Shown here: in pieces, positions 30,301 through 42,300 of the stretch | How the letters are laid out: each line of letters starts with the position of its first letter | Position numbering within the stretch: the first letter of the stretch is position 1 | Assembly (NCBI GenBank): GCA_001643675.2 | Contig: LSRY02000037.1 | Coordinates: forward strand, 372,001 to 436,000 | DNA: 64,000 bases | Source: Monocercomonoides exilis PA203 | Taxonomy: Eukaryota; Protista; Preaxostyla | Direction: 5' to 3' | Notes under the pieces: model-generated | Seen by the model: the letters and a program-made list of their open reading frames with translations, nothing else | The model's database searches: none | What the model was told of the DNA's origin: nothing | Made by a program: the position numbers and the translations under genes

Positions 30301-33300
30301 GAGCTTGTCTTTGGAGGCATGGCTGCAATCGTCGCAAACAGCAGTGTTTGTTGTGGGAGAGGAAGTTGAAGGAAGCCTGCAGATATCATCGTCACTTGTG
30401 AAGGGAAGCAGTTCAGTTTCGGAGATTGGATACTCTCTTGTTGTTGTGAAGAATGGGAAAGTTGAATTGAGTGATATGGAAGTCGGCAGCCTAGCATTCA
30501 AGGAACCCATGATCATCTGCGCTCAAATGGGTACAAAAGTCAAAGCAGAAAATCTTGTTTGCACCGATGTATTGAGCGCAGAATCTGGTCTGATAAAGGC
30601 AGAAAGTGATTCGGAATTGCTGATAAGTGTCTCGAAGTTTGAAAGCACAGGAAGGAACAAAGGGTCTGTAATCAACATCAACAAGGCGAGAAACAGCATT
30701 GTCAATCGAACCATTTTCAGTGGATGCTTGCTTTCAAGTGGAGACGGAGGAGCGATTCAGGGTGTTATTGGGCAAGGCCAGAAACTCGAGGTTGAAGGAG
30801 GAGAGATGAATGTGGTATGTGAGAAGGGAAATGGAGGAGGAATGAAAATAGGGATGGAAAAAGATTCTATCTTTTATATTGGAATCGAAGGATTGACAAA
30901 GTTGAAAGAATGTCAAGCTGGAATGATTGGAGACCAGGGAGGATATGGAGGAGGGATATTTCTGGATTGTGTGAAGTCCACAGGCAACTTTCGGCTGAAA
31001 AATGTTGAATTTGCAGGGTGTATTGCAAACAAATGTGGGAAAAACATGTTTGTGAAGACAGAAAAAATGGGGAATGTGATTGACAGCGCAAGGATTGGAT
31101 TTGGGCCAGATCTTTTGAAAGAAGATGAGATTGTTGGAACAGAGAAAGAAGATGAAGGGTATGTGATTCCACTTGTGTTATTCTTGCGAGAGGATGTTTC
31201 AGAAGTTGCAGTTGGTGGGGCGAATAAAAAAGATTTTTCACGATGCGGGTATACAGGGTATCCATGTGAAACAGTTCAGTATGGGATTGCACAATGGAAA
31301 AAGGCAAGTGGAATAAGCTTGAAAGTTAGCGAATCTGGAATTCTTGGATCAGAACTGTCATTGTCGAGTGGATCGAGCACATTCAGAGGAGCTGCGTTGG
31401 AGGCGAGGATGGATGTGTATGAAAACATAACAGTGAATCAGAATGCGATGATTGAAGTGAGTTCGAATTGTTTGTTTGAGTCTCTTTTTTTGGTTGTTCC
31501 AGAGAGTCTGAATGGAAGAGAATGGCTGATGAAGATTAGTGCTGAAACACTGAACCTCACCAACTGCCAATATTCAGTGAGATCTGCATCCTTTGTGAGT
31601 GTTGGGCTTGTGCTTTGTGTTGGAGGAAGGATGGAGATAAATGGGTTGAGTGTGAATGAAGTGGAGTTTCGATTGCATCCATTGATGAGGATTGAAGAAG
31701 AAGCAGTATGCAACATGAATGAAAGTATTTTGATTGGAGTTATTACGAATGGAGAAGTGAGTGTAATTGAATTACATTCATCAGGGATTCTGACATTGGC
31801 AAAAACGACAATGAGTGGAAAGAAAGATAGAGCGTCAGGAGGGGGGATGATCTGCGATGTGAATGGAAAGACATTGACTGTTGAGGATTGTTCGTTTTGT
31901 GGCGTTTGTGTGAGCATGCAGAATGGAAGTGCCCTGAATGGAAATATTGGTGATGAAAACAGTGTTGTTGCGAGAAACAGCACTTTTGATGATTGCTCGG
32001 CAAATGATGGGTGCGGTGGAGGAATTATGGTGACTTTGAGTGGAGAAGGAATGCTGCGAATTGGGGAGGAAGGGGAAAGAATGGATGTTAAGAAGTGTAA
32101 TGCTCGCGATTTGAGCGAAGAAAAAGAAGGAAGAGGATATGGGGGAGGAGTTTTTGTGAGAATTGTGGAAGAAGCATATGATGTGATCTTGCGGAGTATT
32201 TCATTTGGCCTGGGAGAAGAAAGAAATGGTGCAAACAATGGAGGGAATAATATTTTTGTGGAAGCGAATGAGCTGAAGAAGATTACAACAGACACTGTGT
32301 TCAATTTTTCGTTTGCCAAGAGCGAAGAAGAAATGCCAAATTTGAAGGATATGATGGGCTTTGAAAGTGGAAACAAGTCGCAAGCAATTCCGTTGGTGCT
32401 GCTGTTTCGGAACTTTTCGAGTCCTGCATTTGTTGGAAATGATGGAATTAATGGAAAATTGTGTGGGTTTTCAGATTATCCGTGTGCAGATGTGTTGTTT
32501 GCTGGAAAAACAATTTTTGGCCAAGGCAGCGCAATAATACGATTGCTTCCGCAATATGAAATCACGAACCAGCTGAAAATTGAAGAGCAAGAAATGAAGA
32601 TCAATACGGAAGAGATTGGGGTGGAGGTTGTGATTGCGAGCAAAGGGAGTATCAATGGAGAAGGATTTATTGAAACGCGTTCAGCAACGACATTTGGGAA
32701 AATGATGTTTAGTGTTCCATCCTCGATGCCAGACAGCAAGAGTGCGCTGTTTGTGTGTTTCAGTTCATCACTTGTGATGAATAATGTTTCGTTCATAGCC
32801 AGAACGAACGTTGTCAGTTTCTCGCTTGTGAAAGTTGTTGGAGGAGAATCCAGTTTGGTTGGAGTGAAAATGAGGGATGTGAAATTCAGCACAAATAGCT
32901 TTTTGGTGATTCAGGGAAATGGGGCAAGTGCTCTGCTAAATGGAATGGAATTAGAGGGTGTGCATGGAGAAGATGTTTGTGGGCTTATCCATGTGAATTC
33001 TGGAGGTTCAGTCAGTATTGTGAATTCGAGTGAAAAAGGAGCAGACATGAAGAATGGAGCAGTGCTGTATTTTGATGGTTCGTGTGGAATTCAGCTGCAG
33101 AACAACAGTGTGACTGCAGTGAGCAGAGAGGTTGGGAGTGGAGGAGGAGTTGTGGGAAGGGCTGGGGAAGGGAAAGTGGCTGAGATGAAGGAATGTGCAT
33201 TTGAGACAATTGTCTGTGCTGAAGAAGGAGCAAAAGGTGGAGGATTGGTGGTGCATCTGGAGAAAGGAGGAATGCTGAAGTTTGAAGGAAACAGTGTGAA

Positions 33301-36300
33301 ATTCAATGAGGTGAGTGAATCAGGAGGATATGGTGGAGGAATGTTTTTGGAGTTTGAAGATACTGATTTGAGCTATTCGATGCAAAAGAACAGATTTGGT
33401 GAGAACAAAGCATTGCTGGGAAGGGATGTGTATGTTGTGTGTGAGGATGTGAGGAGGATGCTGAATGAAATTCTTTGGGAGGGATCGGTGAATGAAGAAG
33501 ATGAGAGAGAACGATTTTGGGTGTATGATGGTTCAGTTTCCCCAGCGATAAATGTGTCGATACTGGTGATACTGTTTCCTGAATCTCCAAAGATAATGTT
33601 TGTGGATGGAGCAAAAGTGAACAAAAAGGAGTGTGGGTTCGAAGAAACACCATGCAAGGATGTTGGATATGCCTTCTCATTGATGAATGACTCGCATTCG
33701 ACAATCAGGGTGATTGGAAACACAACATTGGATGCAGATATCGCAAGGAATTCATCGTTGGCAATTCAGGGAAGAGGCCTCACAAAGCCGGTTATTGGAG
33801 TTGGAGGAGGCGGTCATATAACATTGGTCAGCAGCCCCATTTTCTTGAGCATACGGAGCTTGGCATTTGAGCTTCCAGCAACTCCCACAACAGCCGGTTA
33901 TGAAGAGCTTCTGAAAATAGAAGGAGGGCAGTGTCTGATAAGTGAATGTGCGTTTGGGGTTGAGAATGGAATGGAGAGCGGGATTGAAATGGAAAGTTGT
34001 GTTTGGATTGTGAAAGAAACAGATGGAAAGCTGGAAATGAAGTCAGTGAGTGTTGTTGGGATTGGCTTTCAAATGGGAAAGGGAATTGCTGATGTGGAAA
34101 GAGGAGTGATCAGTTTTTCTGAAATGGCAATCAAAGGTGTTTCGACGGAAGGAAAGAGTTTGATATGCGGAGGAGAAGGAGCAGAAATAGTTTGGAGCAA
34201 TGTTAGAGCAAGTGGGTGCAGCATTGAAAATGGTCATTTGTTGGAAGCGAAAAAGACAAGAAATGTGGAAATAGCGAATGAAAGCTGTTTTGAAGGGTGG
34301 GGAGTGAGTGTGGCGAATGGAGGAATGATGTGGTGTGAACTGGGAGGAGAAGATAAGTTGTTGATGAAAAATTCCACAGTGAGGAATTGGAATGTTGATG
34401 GTGAAGATGGGAGAGGAGGAGGAGTGTGTCTTCACATCGGAAACGATTCGACTGACAACTTCGTGTTTGAAGATTTGTTGTTTTCAGAGAATAGTGCACG
34501 AGAAGGGAAGGACATGTTTGTGTTCTGCAAGGCATTGAACATAAGTGTGTCTCCCATTCGATTTTGTTTTGTGGCAGAAAATGAAGAAGAAGGAAATAGT
34601 GTTGATTTGTGGGGAAGTGATGAATCATATTATTTTGAGCCAGTCAATTTGAGGTTGTTTCTGGTTCAGCTGCATTCAGAATGTGTATATTTGTCAGTTG
34701 AAGGATATGATGTAATTGGATGTGGGTTGGAAAAGCATGCATGTCAAACACTATGGCGGGGTGTCCAGAACATAAAATCCGGAGAGGATAACTCAGAGAT
34801 TGTTATTTTGGAGAAGGCTTGTGTTAAAGATGGGAGTGATGCGTCAGAAATTAGAATTCGGTCAGCACAAGATGAGGTTCATTCTTCTTTGCTGTTTGAA
34901 GAAAAAGGTGAATTCAATGGGGATGGGGCTATTGTGAACAGCAAGAAATCAGAGTTTGTCTTTGTCGACTTTATATTTCCGCATTCACTGAGAAATGAAG
35001 TGAAAGCACTTATTTTGTCTGAATCCACAAATGGTGATATGAAGATGAGCAGTTGCATATTTGAATGTTCTCAACAAGAGACTGTAGGGTTTGTCGTGTT
35101 GGAAATGGATGGAGGAGAAGTCACTTTGGACTGGTGTTGTTTCAAAGGGCAGATGGTTTTTGGTTCTCAACCACTGAAATTGACTGGAACAGTGAGTATG
35201 AATAATTGCTCATTTCAGGCAGTGGCTTCAGCACAAAATGGAAAAGGGGGATTGGCAAATGTTATTCTTGAAAATGAAGCAGGACTGCAAGTCAAGAACT
35301 GCACAATTCAAAAATGTGAATGCTTAACTGAAGGAAGCAGAGGAGGCGGATTGTTCATTGATTGCAAGAAGTCCAAAATTGCCGGATCTATCTTGTTCAG
35401 TACTGTTGTCTTTGAAGGGAACAAGGCAGATGTTGGAGAAAATCTGTTTGCTGAGTCGTTTGATCTGAACAGCACCGTGTCAGCAGACACTTTTGATTTT
35501 GACTTTGAATCACTGAAGAGCAATGCAAATGGGTTTGTTGGAAGTGACAAGGTGTTCAATGAAACAGATTTGTTCAGATTTGTTGTGGGATACAGAAGCG
35601 AAAGGATATATGTGTCAGATGAAGGGCATGATGTGGCTCGATGTGGTTCAGCTGAAGATCCTTGTCAGAGTTGGTGGAAAGGTGTTAGGCAGATGAGCGA
35701 AGGGACAGATAAGCGTTGGATATTTATTTTGGGGAAAGTTGAGCTGAATGAGGTGTTTGAGATGACTGATTGCTCGATCGAAGCATGGGATCCTGTGGAA
35801 GACGAGGTATCGAAGGTGAAAATGGTGATTGAAAACGAAGTGAATGAGAGCAGAAAAGCATGCCTTTGGAGCAAAAGCACAGCAAGGATTGCTCGAGTCG
35901 AGTTTGAAATGGAAGGGGAATATGACAATGAAGAAAAGGCAGTGATTTTGAGTGAGAATGGGAACTTGAGTCTGGTAAACTGTTCAATTGAAGGATTGGC
36001 AGAAAAGAGGATTCACATGCTTGTGTCATTTATCTGTGTGAGAGAAGGAGTCCTGGAGATTACGAATTTTGATGCTTCGAATTTGAATTGTGAGAGAAGT
36101 CTTCTTGTTGTTTCAGAGGGATGTGAAGGCAGGATTGAGGAGCTTGTAATAAAAGGATTGAGTCTGAACGAAGGAAGTGTGATTGAAGTTGAGGGAGCAA
36201 GCAGGAGCAATCATGAGCAAGCAAAATCAATGAAAAGCAGTCCAACCATTTTGCTGGAGAAATGCCATGTGAAAGATGTGAAGAAAGATGTGGGAGGGGC

Positions 36301-39300
36301 ATGTGTGATTGATTCGAGTGCAAATAAGGAAAGTTTGAAGCTTGTGGTGAACAGAAGCGCATTTGATGAATGCAGAAGCTCAAACAGTGAAGAAGGCGGA
36401 GCCATTCTGTTTGTGTTGAAGAGGGAGGGAAGTCTGAGAATTGAAGAGAGCACGCTGAGCCAGTGTGGGTGCTCGACAGCCAAAGGCAGAGGAGGAGGGA
36501 TTTATGTGGATGCAGCTGTTTCTGGGGATCTGAACATGCAATTTGTGAAGGATGGATTTGATTCCAATGTTGCGCGTGTTGGGAGGGATTTGTTTGTGAA
36601 GTGTGTGGATATCAAAAAGCAGATCAATGAAACACAGTTCAATCTGGATCTGAGAGAAGGATTATACAACAGATACAATGCGATATATGGAGTGGATGAG
36701 ACAGAGTTTGTGGATGAGCCGATAAATCTGATCGAGTTCATTGTCACATATCAAAATGATGTTATTTTTGTCATGTCAAACATCTCCAAAGGCAGCGAGG
36801 ACTCGAAGAACTGTGGCACGCAAAAGCAGCCATGTGCCACATTGGAGTATGGACTGCAGCATTTGTCATATGAGTTCAACAGCCAGCTTGTGATTATCGA
36901 AGAAGGGAAAATATCGGCTGAGCTGGAGTTATGCAATGTTACCATTTCATCCCGTTCAGAGCAGCATGCCAAAATCGGAGTTTCATCAGGAGTTCATGAA
37001 TCAGCCGAGAGCCTATTGAGCTGCACCGACAAAGTGCTTTTGACTCATCTGTTTGTTTTATTTGAGAGTTCGTTTGCGATGACTCATGGTTCATTTCTTC
37101 GAAGTGAAGCAGGAGTGGTTCAGATTGTTTCATGTTCATTTTCATGTGAAGAAACAACAAGAAATGATGAATCAGATTTGTTGTTAATTCTGCTGTTGGT
37201 CACTGGGAATGGAAGCTTATCAATGGAAGAAGTGAACATTACTCGTTTTTCGGCTGTCAGTCAATTTATTGTTGTGGAATCAAATGCTTGCTTGAAATGT
37301 TCATCTATTTCTGTTCAGGATGTGAGTTGCAGAAATGGAGTGATGCATCTGGGCAGTCATGGAAAAGTGACTCTTGAAAAAATGGAAATGAGCAATGTTG
37401 TGACCAACGAAGGATCTGGCATTCAAGTGCATTCAAGTGATGCGAATAGAAATGGAGATGAGGAAGAAAGAAATGAGATAGAGATAAGCCAATTGATGAG
37501 CAAGAATATTAGCGTCCCATTGACTTCCTCAGTCATCGCCTGTGATAGGTTGAAAGACAGCTTTGTGAAGATTGAGAACAGCTCGTTTGTGTCATATTCA
37601 TCGTCTGCTGAAAGAGGAAGTTTGGTGATGATGAGTGCCTGCCGAAATGTGTCAATGAATTTGTGCAGGTTTGGAGTGAATAGACAAGCGTTAGATGTAA
37701 TAGTGAATGATGAAGGAGAAGATATATGTGAATGGGATGGATCGCTTGTTGATATGAAGGGCACAGTTACAAGCATGAAAGACACAACCATTGAGAATTC
37801 AAGTGAAGGAGGTTTGTCTATTTCAGGAGGGCAGGTTGTGATTGAAGAAGGAAGGTTCATGAACAACAATCCAATGATAGGGAAATATCCATCGATTCGA
37901 AGGAACATTGTTTGCAGCGACGATGCGACAGTGAATGTTGTGAGCCTGAAGGGCGGAGATGGAGCGAAAGAAAACAGCTCGTTGTGGATGCTGAACAAGG
38001 GGTGCGAGGTGGAAGGGATGCTGGAAGGGCTGAAGTCTGTGCTATTTATTCCAGTTCTGGATTCTGTGAGCATGGCAGAGGAAGGGGCTGTGATGCGTCT
38101 GAGCTTCCGAGGGGCGCTTTTCATTCCGTGCAAGCTGGGGTTTGAGATAGTGACAAGAATGGGAAGCACAAAACTGATTGAGAAGTGGGAGTTTTCTGAG
38201 GGTGATTTTGCATCAGAAACAGAAGTGCACTCGTCGATTTCGTCTGCGATGATCACTTCTTCACCCGACGAGTCGGAAGTGGCAGCAGCAATCATATTTG
38301 GAGAAAAGAATGCAGAAACAAATCTGTTCGTTCTGAAGAACAGAAGTGAACCCCAAACAAGGGGAGATGAAAAACTTGTTGAAGGAGGAAAAGAAGGAAA
38401 ATTCTCATGGGCTGTTATTATTGCCATGATATTTATTGTTCTGTTTTTGATTGTTCTTATTGTTGCAGTTGCATTTATTGTTCGTTGGAAAAAGCAAAAG
38501 AGACGAACAGAAGAATTGGAAATTATAGTTGAAGACACAGTGAAGAAGGATCCGAAGGCATTTGAGATGGTGACGATGGAGATGTCACCTGAGGAGCAAT
38601 GGAGGAGAGCTGAGAGAGAGGCAGAGAAAAAGAACTATGAGAGGATCAAGAAAAGAGTGTATGAGAAAAGCTTGGGACACTCGGAGTCATCGGAGCATTT
38701 ACTGAGTGAGAGTGGATCGACTGAATACATTTTGGGAAGAGATTCAGACAAGATCCCTCAATGGATGTTGGAGAAGGAGGATGAGGAAGAGACAAGAAAG
38801 CGAACTCCTTCACCATCCATTTCATCCACTTCAACTACAGATACAGACTCCACATTTGTAAGGGGCGAGGATCTGTGCCCAACAACCTCGTCGATGTCGA
38901 ATCTGGTGGATGCGATGGCCTGCTCATCTCCACATGAGAAGCTGATTGTGGATCTGAGGGATTCATTATTCATGTTGCTTCATGGAAGGAACGAGAAGAA
39001 AGAGATGGCGATAGGCACACTGGAGGAGCGGGAGGTGACAGCAGCTCAGATCATGTTCTGGGTGGCGAACGGGGTGCTTCATTGAAAAAGAAAATGTGAA
39101 TCTCACTTCCTTCTCTTCTATTTACGAGAGATCATCACTTAAGGGTCAGTCACCCAACTGATCTGAAATGCAAAATAGTAATAGATTACAACGGTGATGT
39201 GAAATAGCTAAAAAGGATAGAAACATTAAAAAACATAACAATGTTATGGCGCTCATTACATATCACGCCTGAAGAAGAAGGAAGATGGGTCATTAACAGA

Positions 39301-42300
39301 ATCTGTTTATAATAAGGGTGGGAGTGTATCGAGGCGGGAAGAAGAGAAGGAAGTGAGATTCACATTTTCTTTTTCAATCAAAGCGCAAGCACTTTGATTT
39401 AAAAGAAAACATTCTCTCACTTCCTTCTCTTCTATTTACGAGAGAGTTCCATAATTGGGAGAATACTCTGCTGTTGTTATTATTTGATTGACCTCTTATT
39501 TGTCATCCCTCAGCAATTGTTCGAGTTGCTCACGTTTGGCTTGCGCTCTGGTTTTAATTGTTATCTCAATTGTTTTCTTCTGGACAACTTCTCCAACTAG
39601 TCTTTTCTCACGAAAATTCCTTCTTTCATACTCTTTATGACTGTTCTCGTCTGGCTCCTCCACGTAGTCTGGCTTTGATGGTTCTTCTTCGTCGTTGTAG
39701 ATCGTTTGGCTTTTGTTGTCATATTGCAGATTAGGTTTTTCCAACCTGATCCTGATTCCTTTTTCGCTCTCGATGTTGTCAGACTTTGAGTTCAGACTGT
39801 AGTCCTCCTCATCTTGCTCTTCGTCAGTTGACGAAGAGTCCTCAATATCTTCTGAACTTGAATTGTCATCAAAGGTAATTTTTGGTTTGCGAAGGGTTTG
39901 CAGACTTAAAGGTGATGACTGGGTCTGGGAGGAAGTTGCATTAATAGCCGCTTGATCTGCAATCACTTTCGCACAGGATGTGGCGATATCTTTTGAAAAT
40001 AGTAATTAATAATGGTATCGCTTCGTGGAGACAGCCTTGCGAACTTTGCCACTTGCGCTATTGGTAGTCCAGCCATTGTCAATGCAGATATTGAAGCATG
40101 CTTTATCGAGTAAGGACCAAAATAATTCGGTATACCTGTCTCGTGAAGGAGATTTGCAACAAGTTTTCTCAGCACTCTTGCGGAAAGTGGAATCTTTGTG
40201 CGATCGTTAATAAACAAGTGGTCAGGGTTGTCTTGAAGTTTGCTTATTCTGGACCACAATTCACACACTGCTGAGGCAGGACATATTGAAGGAGTATCTG
40301 TGAGAAACGGTATTATAATGTCTGTTCTTTCGGGTCCTGTTTTCAGCGAAGTATCCAATGCAATTGAATCTTCTCTCACTGCAGAATGTTTCAGACTGAT
40401 CCGCTCGAGCTCGGTGAACCGGCAGGCGGAGAATAGCATGCAAAGACAAATTGTTTTCTTCGTGAGAGTAGTGAAGGATAAGTTCGCGTTCTCGCCTAGC
40501 CCCGATATATAATCAAGAAGTATTTTGGGGTTCCATATATCAGGCTTATTTTTTCTTCTTCCTCCTTTCCAATCTTTTAAATGATCGGAAGAGAAGCTTC
40601 ATAAGCGGGTAATCTCCCAAACTTCTCTCGAATAATAATTGAGAAATGAGAGAGATGGCAGATCGTATTTTACAAAGGGATTGCTCCTTCAGCCCCTTGT
40701 TGAAAAGCTTAAGGAAAACATCGGCACATCTAACGACCCAATTGAACCAATCTCCAACAGAAAGACCATAGCCGCAGTTTGTCCACTGGTCTCCGAAATG
40801 AGCATAACTGAGTAAGTACCCATGCCACGTCGAAGGCGAAAGACTGGATTTGCACAGATCACATATATCCATTGGAAATCCTCTTGTTTGCAAAACTCCT
40901 TTGAACCAGTGTTCTCCATTGATCGCTAAGGATTCATCAGTACAACTCGAAGCTTCCCTGGTGGCAGGCAAGCATCCATCCTCTTCATCCATGGTCCCGG
41001 GGTAAGAAGTTCGCTCTGGCTCTTCCACATCCATTCTATATGGGTCGTTCTTTTCAACAACGGCTCCCATATTTGTCCCTTCCAATCGGGAAGAAGGAGA
41101 AGACCTCGAGCTCGTTCGAGAATCATTTTCCTGATTGTCGGAAGAATGAGAGGAATTGGAGGATGAGCAAGAACTGTCTCTCCTCGCCAAGGCTGCTGCA
41201 GACCGTCTTCGTTTATCGGGCTTCCTGGCCCGCACCATCTGCTCACTTTCTTGTTTTGTTTTTGTGGCGAAAGCGTCCAACGTTATGTTCAATCTCATCT
41301 TCGTTACAAGCTCCTTGTAGGATTCTTGCTTTATCTGATAGTCGCCTCCCCTTTCTAGCCTGGAAAGAGAATCGGCCCTTTCGTTTCTTTGACCGGGGAT
41401 GTGTTGCGCTTTCACTTGAATCTGCATCGTGTGCGTTTGTTTCCAAATCTTCAATAGGAGTCTTCTCAAATTCGCTCCTGCCCGCCACCTGTTCAGGTTG
41501 AACACCGATGTTGAGTTGTCCGATCTGATAAGTAGTTTGTGGATGCGATTGGATAACAGAATTGGGGAGAAGTGAGTTAGAGCTGACAAAATTGCGAACA
41601 TCTCCCGATAGTTTGAACTTTGATTTCGTTGCCAATAGGGGAGTCTGCGATGAAAATCCAAAATACTGTTTCCGATTCTTAAATAAGCTCCAACAGCTTT
41701 TCTGGAAGCATCCGTCGTAAGTGTTGCATCTGGAAGAAAGAGTGGGCATAGTTGTCTTGGCGTGTTGGTTTTCAACCTCGATATCCATTTGGTTAGATTG
41801 GGGAGAATGGACTGGTTGATCCTCATCTTCCCTCTCCATCCTACCATCGAAACCATTTTGTTTAAAGTGCGATAAAGATCTGAGAGAAACAGAGAAGCTT
41901 CTCGAACCACGAACCTTGTAGCGTTCAGCTTTCCAATGAACGCTGCAAGGTCTCTTACTCTCACTTCTTTCGCTCTGAGGGACCTCCTCCTCCATCTGGT
42001 ACATTCCTTTATAAGTTCTTTCGTTCTCATCATTTCCAGAGCTACATTGAACTGGTGCGTGTTCCACTCGAAACCCAAATAGGTGAAAGTTTGTGAGGGA
42101 ATCAAATGACTCTTTTCTGTGTTTACCAGAAGACCAAGGCTTTCGAAAAGAGAAACGACTTTCTGAGTTATCCATTTTAATTTCTTTTGGTCTTGGTGAA
42201 GAAGAATAATATCGTCGAGGTACGCGATTGCTCTTACGTTCCATTGCTCCCGGATGAATTGTATCACCTTCCTCATGATTTTTGTAAAGATTCTTGGAGA

